Part shown: positions 1 through 11,000 of the stretch, piece by piece
Numbering within the stretch: position 1 is the first letter of the stretch
How the letters are laid out: each line of letters opens with the position of its first letter
IMG/VR virus record: IMGVR_UViG_3300011115_000278
Location: 1-63,349 of that record
Strand: one strand, 5' to 3'
Source: a virus
Taxonomy: Duplodnaviria; Caudoviricetes
DNA: 63,349 bases
Notes under the pieces: model-generated
What the model was told of the DNA's origin: nothing
Seen by the model: only the letters and a program-made list of their open reading frames with translations
Databases searched by the model: none
Translations under genes and position numbers: made by a program

Positions 1-412
1 TATAGGGCTGTGTGTTGCTGATACGGACTTAGACTGTCCTGAGGGGTACGAGCCAAACGAAGCCGGAACTGAGTGTATTCCGGTAGTAGTAATTGATGAC
101 AAGAAATGTCCAACCGGTCAGGTTTACAACGAAGACCTAAAAAAATGCGTGCCTATCAAATCTGATGAGTGCGCTGCGGGATTCCATAAGAATGATATAG
201 GGCTGTGTGTTGCTGATACGGACTTAGACTGTCCTGAGGGGTACGAGCCAAACGAAGCCGGAACTGAGTGTATTCCGGTAGTAGTAATTGATGACAAGAA
301 ATGTCCAACCGGTCAGGTTTACGACGAAGAACTAAAAAAATGCGTGCCTATCAAAACTGAAGAGTGCGCTGCCGGTTTCCATAAGAATGATATAGGGCTG
401 TGTGTTGCTGAT
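1..412 (+). repeat. 195-nt (65-aa) tandem repeat encoding Cys-paired units
   Basis: TATAGGGCTGTGTGTTGCTGAT recurs at 1, 196 and 391. Confidence 0.95.
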
Positions 413-943
413 GATGACGAAGAATGCAAAACTGGGTATGAAAAAGTTGACGGCAAATGCGTGCCGGTCTGCAAAGAAGGGTATATACGTAACTTAGCAA
501 CAAACGTGTGCGAAAAAGAAGACAAAGCATGCCCAGCCGGACAAGTAAAAGATGCAAGCGGCAAATGCGTACCAATTGTAAAACCCCCAGTAACCTGCCA
601 ACCCGGGTTTGAAAAAGTTGACGGTGTGTGCGTGCCTGTGTGCCAAACTGGGTACAAACGCGTCAATGGCGTGTGCAAGAAAATTGCAACCGGTACCACC
701 ACACCTACCCCCTCAACAAGTGGGCTTAACGCAGAAACTGAAACAACCTCCCCGATCTATGCGGGCGCTATGGATGACTTTGATCTGTTTGCAACTTTGG
801 AAGAACTGTTAAAAGAAAATCCAGACAAGAAAAAAGATACCAAGAAATCCAAGGAAAAGACTAAAATGGCTACCGGTGGGCACCTTGATGACCTGCTGGC
901 GGAGCCGATGACAGTGGACGATCTGCTAAAACTACTACGCTAA
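2..943 (+). CDS. C-terminal part of a Cys-rich repeat protein (5' truncated; probably continues the ORF starting at 61555)
   Basis: The frame is open from position 2 (IGLCVADTDLDCPEGYEPNEAGTECIP...). It carries the same repeat as the ORF running off the right end and ends KMATGGHL...LLKLLR. Confidence 0.85.
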   Translation: MGLCVADTDLDCPEGYEPNEAGTECIPVVVIDDKKCPTGQVYNEDLKKCVPIKSDECAAGFHKNDIGLCVADTDLDCPEGYEPNEAGTECIPVVVIDDKKCPTGQVYDEELKKCVPIKTEECAAGFHKNDIGLCVADDDEECKTGYEKVDGKCVPVCKEGYIRNLATNVCEKEDKACPAGQVKDASGKCVPIVKPPVTCQPGFEKVDGVCVPVCQTGYKRVNGVCKKIATGTTTPTPSTSGLNAETETTSPIYAGAMDDFDLFATLEELLKENPDKKKDTKKSKEKTKMATGGHLDDLLAEPMTVDDLLKLLR

Positions 944-952
944 GGACTCAAG

Positions 953-3049
953 ATGGCACGAATTTGTGAAGACGTTATTGTTGGTTACGATCCAGACGAT
1001 GGGTCTGCTATTGTTGAAGAACAATGTTACGACGACGGTAGCGTTGATACCATAAGTGAATCTCCAGATCACGATCTAACTGCATCCGAAGCCCTTGCCG
1101 GGCAAGGTTTTTTGCAAGACGAAGTTGGCAACGTCTACAAACTTGACGACTCTGGCAATTTAACTTTTAAAGACAGCAAAGGCACTGACTTTACGTACAA
1201 CACAGAGAAGGGTGGGTTCACAGACAAGGACGGAAACTTTGCTGGTGGCGACACCCCCCTGCTTAACTATATAAAAAAATACGGCTCAAAAGCAATTGAT
1301 TTACTTAAAACAAACGGCAAATTTGACCCAGCCAAATTGTTAACTCTTGGCATTGGCGCGTATAAGCTTGCAACCGACAAAGATGAGGGTGGCTACAACG
1401 TCCCTATCCCTAAACTGGATGCAGTTACACAACAGATTGAATATAACGATCCCAACCGCAGACCCGGTTCTATGGGACGCCAGTATACGACTGACCCGCG
1501 TTATGTAAAACAAGGCGATACTGCAAATTTAGCCAAAGCGCAAGCCATCTCGGACGCACAGAAAGCCGGTATCTTAGCCGCATACAAACCTGCAGCCGCC
1601 CCTCCTGCGGTTAACCCATACGCAGGTCAAATGGCTATGAAATACAACAACCCGCCCACGGCTACGGGTACAACTACAGGTACTACAACCGCTGCAGCAA
1701 CAACCCCCGCAGCTACCGGCATTGCCGCCGCTCTGCCAGTTATGCCAACTCAACAACAGCTTATGGACCCCAACTACAAAATCAACTCAATTGGTATGGC
1801 TGATGGCGGTATTGCAATGGCTAAAGGTCGCTACCTACAAGGCCAAACAGACGGCATGGCAGACAAGATTCCTTCTAAGATTGATGGCAACCAAGAGGCA
1901 GCACTAAGCCATGGTGAGTTTGTAATTCCTGCCGATGTGGTATCCCACTTAGGTAATGGCAATTCAGATGCTGGTGCCCAAAAGCTTTACCAAATGATGG
2001 ATCGTATCCGTGAAGCGCGTACTGGCACCAAACAACAAGGCAAGAAAATCAACCCCGACAAGTTCATGCCCGGTGGTTTGGCTGCGTCTAAGTATGCCGG
2101 TGGTGGCTCTGTGCAGAAGTTTGATGAGGGAGGTGTGCCGCTTGATACGTCTAAGACATCTACCCTGTCCCCATGGGCTGGTGACTACGTTACCAATATG
2201 TTGGGTAAAACCGAAGCTTTAACTAACGCCCCCATGCAGAATTACGGTGGTCCATTAACGGCTGGCGCGTCTAACTTGCAGCAGCAAGGCTTTGCGGGAA
2301 TTGGCGAGGTTGCCAAGGGTGGATTTAACCCAACTGCATTTACCAGTCAATATAAAGCTCCCACAGCGTACAGCCCTACAACTTCGTCTTTTAATACAGC
2401 GGCGGCTAGTCAGTACATGAACCCATACCTGTCGGCATCTTTGCAGCCACAGATAGATGAAGCCCGTCGTCAGTCCCAGATTACCCAGCAAGGCAATGCC
2501 GCAAAGATGACGCAAGCTGGTGCGTTTGGTGGCTCACGCGGTGCAATTATGGACGCCGAAACACAACGCTCCTTGGGTGCTAATTTGGCAGGTATTACTG
2601 GTACAGGATATAGCAAAGCCTACGACACGGCGATGTCTCAGTTTAATGCTGACCAGCAGCGCAAGATGCAGGAAGCTCAGTACGGGTCAACGTTAGGTAT
2701 GACATCTGCACAAAACGCAGCGCAATACGGCGACGCAGCGCAAAAGGCCACTGAAGACTCACGCCGATACAGCGCAGACTTTGGACTCAAATCGCTTAGT
2801 AATCTTATGGAAGCAGGTGCTACACAACGCGGTATTGAAGCCGAAGGTATTGCCGCAGATAAAGCGCAGTTTGAACAGCAACAAGCTCGTCCTTATACTA
2901 ACTTGGAATTCCAGCGCAAGATGCTGACTGACTTGCCAATCGGTGCTTCTACAACATCAACAAACCAAGATACCTTATCTAAACTGCAAACAGACATTTC
3001 TGGCTTAGCATCGTTGTACCAAAAATTGGCTAACTTGGGCCTTAAGTAA
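953..3049 (+). CDS. Putative internal virion / DNA ejection protein
   Basis: 698 aa, Ala/Gly/Gln-rich. Contains motifs GQTDGMADKIP..LSHGEFVIPADVV, YMNPY and AGAFGGSR typical of podovirus ejection proteins. SD AAGGA; lies after the tail genes. Confidence 0.6.
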   Translation: MARICEDVIVGYDPDDGSAIVEEQCYDDGSVDTISESPDHDLTASEALAGQGFLQDEVGNVYKLDDSGNLTFKDSKGTDFTYNTEKGGFTDKDGNFAGGDTPLLNYIKKYGSKAIDLLKTNGKFDPAKLLTLGIGAYKLATDKDEGGYNVPIPKLDAVTQQIEYNDPNRRPGSMGRQYTTDPRYVKQGDTANLAKAQAISDAQKAGILAAYKPAAAPPAVNPYAGQMAMKYNNPPTATGTTTGTTTAAATTPAATGIAAALPVMPTQQQLMDPNYKINSIGMADGGIAMAKGRYLQGQTDGMADKIPSKIDGNQEAALSHGEFVIPADVVSHLGNGNSDAGAQKLYQMMDRIREARTGTKQQGKKINPDKFMPGGLAASKYAGGGSVQKFDEGGVPLDTSKTSTLSPWAGDYVTNMLGKTEALTNAPMQNYGGPLTAGASNLQQQGFAGIGEVAKGGFNPTAFTSQYKAPTAYSPTTSSFNTAAASQYMNPYLSASLQPQIDEARRQSQITQQGNAAKMTQAGAFGGSRGAIMDAETQRSLGANLAGITGTGYSKAYDTAMSQFNADQQRKMQEAQYGSTLGMTSAQNAAQYGDAAQKATEDSRRYSADFGLKSLSNLMEAGATQRGIEAEGIAADKAQFEQQQARPYTNLEFQRKMLTDLPIGASTTSTNQDTLSKLQTDISGLASLYQKLANLGLK

Positions 3050-3058
3050 AGGTAAATC

Positions 3059-5062
3059 ATGAATCTCGTTAAAGCGCAAGAATACGCACAGTCACTGCCA
3101 CTGGCGGAATTAAAAAAGTATGCAAATGGTTTGAACCCATCTATGATCCCGCCATGGTTGGCTACGGGTGAGATGGATGCTAAAACTAAACGTGCTGAGA
3201 TGGCTAACAATCTAGAAGGTGCAACGCAAGGCGAACAACCCAGCATCAAAGAACAAGTTGAGCAAAAAGCCGGATTGCTAGGTCTTCAAATGGCTCAGCA
3301 ACGAAATACGCAACAGCAAATGATGCAGCCACGCCCTATGGCTGGCCCTGTACCTACGGGAACTCCACAGCCCCAAGCACAACCTCGGCCCCCACAGATG
3401 GCTGGGCTTAACCAACTGCAGTCTAATATTAAGATGGCTGGTGGCGGTATTGTTGCGTTTGCCGCTGGGGATCAAGTTAAAGTTAGCCGTGAGTTTTTAA
3501 ACTTTTTAAAACAAATGGGTTTGGATTACGTTGAGTATTCCAACATGGCTGAATCCGCCAAAGCCCCTATTCAAGACGCATTTAAAGATGTTAAGGGCAC
3601 GATCCCTACTACCGCACCACAAGCCGCCCCTGCTGCCGCTCAAACGGTTCAAGGCAGTGCGTCTCCAAAAGCTTTTGCCGCAGGTCAGGCCATGCGTCCC
3701 GCAATGGCCGCAGCAAAAAATATAGCCAAAACTAAGCTGATCCCCGGTGCTAACGTGGGCATAGCAGCTTACGAAGGGCTGAGTGACATCAGTGGTGCGC
3801 AAGACTTCTATGACGATCCTAATGTGTCTATGGCAGATAAAGCCAAACAGTTTGCCCGTACAGGCGCTAGAACAGCATTGCCTATTGCAGGTGGTATGGC
3901 TGGAAGTTTAATACCGGCTCCTGTTGTGGGAACTGTCGGTGGCGCGCTAGCGGGTACTGGCCTTGCTGCTCTGATTGACCAAGAGGGCGATGCGCTTAAA
4001 AAATACCGTGAAACCAAAAAAGGCGATATGGCCTCTGAGAACGCCAGACTTGCTGCAAAAGCACCGGTTCCAGACATGGGTACCGAAGGCCGCCGTACAG
4101 CCCCTGTTGCTATGGGTAACGGCATTAATGTATCGCCCAACCTTATTCCGGCGTCGGCTAGACCTAAGCCACAAGGCACCGTTTCACAAAATGTTAATCC
4201 CAACGCTACTAAGGTTAACCCTAATGCGCCTCCAGCGGCACCCGCAGAGCCTGATCCAAATAGCATGGACGCGTTGTTTAGAGAAGCATTAAAAAATAAA
4301 CCACCAGAGCGCAAAGTTGAAGACCTTATTGCAGAAGACCAAGACATTAAAAAACGTTTAGGTTTAGATGAGCCAGCAGGTAAAGCCAAACTAGAACGTA
4401 TTGACGAGATGAACAAACAATATGCGGCAACGCAATTGTCTCCTATGGACGAGCTTATATCAATGCTTGGTAAGTCCGGTCAATACAAAGGTTTGTCTGG
4501 CTTGGCTCCCGCGTATACAAGCATGGCCGAGAAAAAACGTGCCGCAGATGCAGCGCATGCTAAAGGCATTAATGAACTTATGGGCGGGGTTGAAGATACC
4601 CAACGTGGTGAGAAAACTGCGTCAGCCACTGGAGTTAGAACTGCTCGTGAGAAAGACGTTGAAAACGCACGCTTGCGTGACCGTGAAGTTATGAGTTCTA
4701 CGGGTACGGCTCGTGGTCAAGACAGCACAGCAGCATCGTCTAAGTACTCGGTTGATATGCACTACAAAGCGGCCATGGCGCAAATCCGAGCTACTGCGGC
4801 TCGTGAAGGTTTAGGACAACAACGTTTATTGTTAGAAACATTTAAAACTGAATTGGCTACTATTGATAAAGAATTAATACCGCTACTCAGAGCCCCGTTT
4901 GGTCCTGCCAAAGCGCAAATTGCGGAATTGCAAGCTAGAAAAGCTGGATTAACAAAAGCACTGGACGAAGTGTCAGGAATCGGTAAAATGATGCCAGCCC
5001 CCGGCGCAGCAGCAAGCCCCGGCGGAACCAGTAAACCCGGATGGGGGATTAAACCCATCTAA
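3059..5062 (+). CDS. Putative internal virion / ejection protein
   Basis: 667 aa, helical and Ala/Gln-rich, with a hydrophobic GxxxG segment. Lies between two other putative internal proteins. Confidence 0.55.
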   Translation: MNLVKAQEYAQSLPLAELKKYANGLNPSMIPPWLATGEMDAKTKRAEMANNLEGATQGEQPSIKEQVEQKAGLLGLQMAQQRNTQQQMMQPRPMAGPVPTGTPQPQAQPRPPQMAGLNQLQSNIKMAGGGIVAFAAGDQVKVSREFLNFLKQMGLDYVEYSNMAESAKAPIQDAFKDVKGTIPTTAPQAAPAAAQTVQGSASPKAFAAGQAMRPAMAAAKNIAKTKLIPGANVGIAAYEGLSDISGAQDFYDDPNVSMADKAKQFARTGARTALPIAGGMAGSLIPAPVVGTVGGALAGTGLAALIDQEGDALKKYRETKKGDMASENARLAAKAPVPDMGTEGRRTAPVAMGNGINVSPNLIPASARPKPQGTVSQNVNPNATKVNPNAPPAAPAEPDPNSMDALFREALKNKPPERKVEDLIAEDQDIKKRLGLDEPAGKAKLERIDEMNKQYAATQLSPMDELISMLGKSGQYKGLSGLAPAYTSMAEKKRAADAAHAKGINELMGGVEDTQRGEKTASATGVRTAREKDVENARLRDREVMSSTGTARGQDSTAASSKYSVDMHYKAAMAQIRATAAREGLGQQRLLLETFKTELATIDKELIPLLRAPFGPAKAQIAELQARKAGLTKALDEVSGIGKMMPAPGAAASPGGTSKPGWGIKPI

Positions 5063-5073
5063 CAGGAGTTGAG

Positions 5074-8000
5074 ATGCCTCGCTTTGAGATAACCGCACCC
5101 GATGGTCGTAAGTTTGAAATAACTGCTCCAGAGGGGGCATCTCAGTCCGAGGTGTTAGCTTACGCGCAGGCTAACTACCAATCAATTCCCCAAGGCCCAA
5201 AAGAATCCACAATCGGTAGTGAACTGGTTCGTGGTGGTAAGCAGGTCTTGTCTTCCGCCCGTACGGGTGCGGAGAGCTTGTTTGATAAAAACAAAGCAGC
5301 TACTGAAGGTGTTGCCCGTAGCGAAGCCATTGGACAAGAAGCAGGGATCGGCCCGTCCTTAGAGGCCGTACAAAAGGCGTATCAAGATAAAGGCGTACTG
5401 TCTGCGGCAGGCGAAGCTGTATCTCAAATCCCTCGTGCGTTGGCTGGGCAGGGTGCTAACCTAGCGTCTATGTATGCCGCCGGTAAAGCCGGTGCTGCTG
5501 CAGGTGCTCCGTTTGGCGCAAGGGGTCGGCTTGTTGGCGGTGCGGCTGGTGCCGCAGGTGCGCTTCTTCCTCAATTTATGGGGTCTAACGTTGAGCGCCA
5601 AGCTTCTGAGCAAATGGATGAAGGCAAAGAAGTCGATATTAATCGCACAAAAGCTTACACGTCTGCCGCCGTACAAGCTGCATTAGAAGGTGCCGGTACT
5701 GCATTTACATTGGGTAAACGCGTTGTTAGCGGAATACTTGGGGTTACGGAAGACGCCGCCCTCAGAACTGCCAAATCGCAAGTTGAGTTAGTCAAAGCCG
5801 CTGAGCGTTCGCTGGCTGCGTCCGCAGGGCGTGGTGTTGTCCGTGGTGCGGCTGAAATACCCGTTGAGGTTGGTCAGCAAATTCTTGAGCGTTACCAAGC
5901 TGGGCTTGACTTAACATCTCCAGAAGCGTTTAAAGAATACGGTGAGTCTGCGTACCAAGCTGCTTTAATTGGTGGCCCATTGGGTGGCGCAGCAGGGGCT
6001 GTGGGGCGTGGTCAAGCTCGAAGTCAAGTAGAACAACAACGTCGCGCTGAAGAAGCTGCAAGACCAGCGCCTCCACCTCCAGAAGAAATTGTTCCCGGAG
6101 CCAAGCTGCCAGAAGAAGCCCCCGTGGGTACGCAGGGTACGTTGTTCACGCCCAAAGAAATGGGTAAGCGTGTTCCAGAACCCAAAGAAGAACCCGCTCC
6201 CGCTAAGCCTGCTGCAGTGCAGCAAGGTGAACAAGCTACTCTTGGTTTGGATTTTCAACGTGAATACACCGACTTATTTAAAGAGCGTGACCGCTTGCGT
6301 GAAGGGCCGCAGACTCCAGAAGTTAAAGCTCGGGTTGCCGAACTAACAGGGCAACTAACGTCATACGATGAAGCTGACATTGGTCGTCGCCAAGCTGAAA
6401 AAATTATCAGGGAAGAACGCATTGCAAAAGAAGCAGAACAAAAAGCTGCCGACGAAGCCGGTGCGCAACGGTTTCCCGGTTTGGCTGGTGTAACACCAAC
6501 GCCCACAACACCAACCGGTATTACCCAAGCCGACATTGATGCTGTTGGGTTACCTCTAAAAACATCCAAGCAATGGATAACCGACAATGTGCTTGGTAAG
6601 ACTGTTGAAGAAATTAAAGCGCTGGTTCAGCGTGACCCCAAACTTATTAGTGGTACCGGTGCGCGTGCTGGGGTATTGAAAGCGCTGATAGCGCCACAAC
6701 CTGCAGCTTTTGAGGAGAAACCAAATGAACCGACCATTACCAAAACGGATAAGCCTCAAGGAGAACTTGACCTCGGAGGAGGTGAGTCAGGCGTGGGAGT
6801 ATCTGGTAAGCCTACCGGAACCGACGTGGTACAACCCGGAACCGGAGTTCCCGCCACCACCGGAACATCTGCAACACCTAACGGACTCGGACTGGCACCT
6901 GCTGGACAACCTGCTGGCACGGGAACTACACCTGAAGGAACGCAGCCCACTGCAGTAACGCTATCGCCAGAAGCGCAAGCCGCTAAAGGTTTATTGGATG
7001 CAATAGATAAAGGTGGTGTTCCGTTAAATCCAAGCAAAATTAATGCAATTGCTAGAGGTCTTGGTCTTGATGTTAAAAAATCTGCAAAACCCCAAGAAAC
7101 AATTGCGCGACTACGTGAGGCTGTAGCCCGTGAAACTCAATCAGCAACTACTTCTCCTGTTACTGGTGCTGCTGCCACTACCACGACTACTACGAGACCC
7201 AAGACAACTACTGGGGCAGCTACTAAAACTGCCACTACCAAAGAGACTCAAGCACCGGCTACTACTGGCGCTCCTAAAGTTGTAAATCCGTTTGCTGCAT
7301 TGGTAAAAGATACAGGCACCGCCGAAACAACGGTTGAGGAAGAAGCGCCTAAGCCCGCAAAAACTAAATCCCCGTTTGACATTAGTGGCCCATCCACAAT
7401 TGGTAAAAAATTACAAACTGAAACCGAAGAAACTAAAGCAGGTCAAGCTGCGGCTAGAGCCGCCAGAGCCGCTGAAGAAGCTGAGAAAGCTGCTGCAGAA
7501 GCTAAGAAAACCGCCGATAAAATTACTAAAGCCGACGAAGCTCGTAAGGCTGAAGAAGCTAAGAAAGCTGAAGAAACGCGTAAAGCTGAAGAAGCTAAGA
7601 AAGCTGAAGAAGCGCGTAAAGCTGAAGAAGCGCGTAAAGCTGAAGAAGCGCGTAAAGCTAAAGAAGCTAAGAAAGCTGAAGAGGCGCGTAAAGCTGAAGA
7701 GGCGCGTAAGGCTGAAGAAGCTAAGAAAGCTGCCGTAGCCAAACAATTCTACGACCAACTTGTTGTTCAGCCTACATGGTCAAAAATTTTTGGAACGCCA
7801 CGCACACCAATTGTTTACGAAGACGCTAATTTTGCTTTGGTTCGTCAGTTAAACAAACTTAAACAAGTACGATACTATGCAATTAACCGCCAAGGAGAAG
7901 AGTCAAGGTACCCTATTCAAATGCGGGCCAACCAACCTAGTTGGTTACTTGCGGGGGACTACGAAGTATTGCGCGACGCTGGACAAGCGTTGGAATTAAA

Positions 8001-11000
8001 AGAAACAGAATTAGCTAGAAACAATCCCAACGGGCCGTTTTCTACAGGTAAAAACATTGTTGCCGCAAACTCTCTCGACCCCGCCATTGCGGGGTACACC
8101 AAAAATTTATTAAATTCTTTGGGGTTAGGTCACCTTCGGGTATTTATACATAGCAAACCAGATACATTTGATAGCAGTTACATAGACACCTACAAACTGT
8201 ATGGCCCATTTGCTAGACTAGCTGAAATACGAGAACCTACCGTAAACGGTTCTGCAACAAATCTTGGTATAGACGGCAGAACTTATGGCATTTATTTGAG
8301 GTCCGGTTTGACCGATGGTCAGCGGTTAGAAGTTCTTGCCCACGAAATTGGTCACATTGTGCAAGCTCAGTTGTACGATACCGCCAGTAGCGCCGAACAA
8401 AAGGCTATTACCAACGAATACTTGGCATGGCGCGCAAAGGCTAAAGTAGCAACAAAACGTGACCTTATGTACATGTTGCGCAATCGCGAAGACGCTGAAG
8501 CCAATATTAAAAGGTCTGAAGCGTATAACGATGCAGATACCCTTGCATCCACAATGCAAGAGTTTGATTCCTATTGGATTTCATTTGCCGAGTGGTTTGC
8601 AGACAATGTGTCCCGTTGGGCTACAACTAACGAAAAGCCATTGAGTATTGCAGATAAGTTTTTCTCTAGAGTTGCTCAGATGATGCGCGACTTGGTGGCG
8701 ATTGTCACCAGCCGTAAGTATCCACCTGCCAAATCCGTTGCAGACTTCTTAAACAAAGCAGGCCCTGCAAACTTTGTAGTGCAGTCAAACATTTCTTTGG
8801 AATCAAACTCGGAGATAAAAGAACAGTTCTCTATATCGTTTAGCGACGAACAGCTAATTGACTCTATGGGGCCGCTAAATCGTGACGACAAATCCGGGTT
8901 AAAGAAACTGCTTGTGGGTGTCAAAGCCAATCCTGACATCGGTTACGTCACTAAGTTCCGTACGCAAGTAACGGACATTGCTGCCACTATTGAAAAACGT
9001 CTGAGGGAAAAGTTTGATGGTGCTGTGCGTAACTCACTGGGTGAACTTAATCCTATGGGTCTATACCGTCAGGCGCAAGACTACACCAAGATGCTGCTTG
9101 AGTATTTCCAAACCGGTACGTTGTACAAAGATAAAACAACCGGTCTGTGGAAGTCCGGCATGGGTGAAGGCGTACGCCCACCCGCAGAAGTCTATGCGTT
9201 AATTGACAAGTATGGAGAGAAGAACGGATACAGCCGCGAACGCGCTACACAAATTGCCAGCCGTGTGTTGGAAGGTGTGCGTTTGAATGAGATGCGCAGG
9301 TCTAATGCGCAAGACGGCACGACGTTCCTGATTCACTTAAAAGACAACGAAATTGACCAGTTAGTAAAAGCATACAACGCCGACCCAGACTTGCAGGAAA
9401 TGAGCAAGCTCATGGACGAAGCCCGTAAAGCAATGGTTGACAACTTGGTTGCGGTAGGTAGGTTGTCTGCCGAAGAAGGTAAGTTGTGGCGTGAGGTTGT
9501 AGGCTACGTGCCGTTTGACCGTGAAACAATTGATTCTGTAGCTGCCAACTTTAACAAAGCTAAAAAAATTAGCGGCAAAGGTTTGGCACAGCTTGGCAAA
9601 CTACCTGAGTTGGTTGGTTCGCTTGAACGTCCTGTGGGCAATGTGTTCGATAACTACCTAAACACGCTCGGTTGGATGGTTGGGCAAACACTTAAAGCCG
9701 ACGCTACTCTAATAACTTTGCGCAGCTTAGAAGACATTGGGCATGCCAAATACTTGGGGCGCACTAACCAAGGTAAACCAAACGTTGTGGGCGCGTATGT
9801 TAACGGTGAGATGATGTATTGGTCAGTGCCTAGCAAGTACGACGTCATGGCATTTAAAGACTTGAACCCACCTAAGGCGGGTTGGATTCGGGCTATGGGT
9901 GCGTTCTCAAATATCCTACGCAAAACAGTTACAGTCCTGCCACCATTTGCTTTGAAACAGGTAATGGACGACGTGCAACGTGCCATCATGACGTCTGGTG
10001 TAAAGAACCCCGGCGCTTTAGTTTGGATGTCTTTGACTAACTTCCCCAAGTTGGCATTGGCAGAACTGCGTGGCATTCAGCATCCAATAGTCAAGGAATA
10101 CGGACGCCTTGGTCTGACAGGTGAGTATGACTTTGAAGCCGGTAAGCCTGCTGCTTCTTTGCTAAAAGACTTAGGCTACAAAAAGCGCGGCGTGTTTGAG
10201 ACATTGATTCACAGATTAGATGGTATTACCCGTGCATCTGACTTGGCGGTTCGTAAAGCAATCTACGATCAAACCATGAATGAAAGTAAGGGCGATGAGT
10301 TGTTGGCACAAACCCGTGCCCGTGAGTTTATTAACTTCCGTCGCCGTGGTGCAAACCAATTTGTGACTGACATGATTACGGTCATACCGTTCTTTAACGC
10401 TTACATCCAAGGTATGGATGTGCTGTACCGCGCAGCGTCAGGCAAAGACTCAAGCGCTTCTGTTGATCGTGCGCAAGCTCGGCAAATGTTTTATAGCCGT
10501 GCAATTACCGTTACGATGCTGAGTTCTCTGTATGCGTTGGGTAAGGACGAGGACGACGAAGACTACAAAGAAATGGACTTGCGCACACGGGATAGCAACT
10601 GGATTCTCGGTGGCGGGTACAAGATTGGAGTTCCGGGCGAATTAGGCGCTATCTTTAAAGTCGTACCCGAACGTATTGTGGAGTACATGAAGCGCCAAGG
10701 TACGCCAGAAGAGCAAACGGCATTTGACGCAATGCGCACTACGTTAAGCTACATGTTTGAACAGTACTTAGGCCGTGCAATGCCAATACCACAGGCTATC
10801 AAACCAGTGATCGAAGCATGGGCTAACAAATCATTCTTAACCGGCAAAGACTTGGAAGGCTATCACCATAGGGCAATGGACCCAAGCATGCGTATGACTG
10901 AGCAAACATCAGAACTTGCTAAAGCTATTGCCGTATTTAGTCGTGATGAAATTGGCGTTGAAGTTTCCCCAATCATGATTGACAACGCACTGCGTGGTTA

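Noticed and set aside
1-90. Exact terminal direct repeat with 63261-63349
   Set aside because: The copies differ at several positions (GCTG/GCAG, AGAC/AAAC, GAGTGT/AAGTGT). They are different units of an internal coding repeat, so the ends cannot simply be merged.
7334-7758. Alternative-frame and antisense ORFs with KKLRKL, FSFTRF or ASSALR repeats
   Set aside because: These are shadows of the 18-nt KAEEAR repeat and have no SD or independent support.
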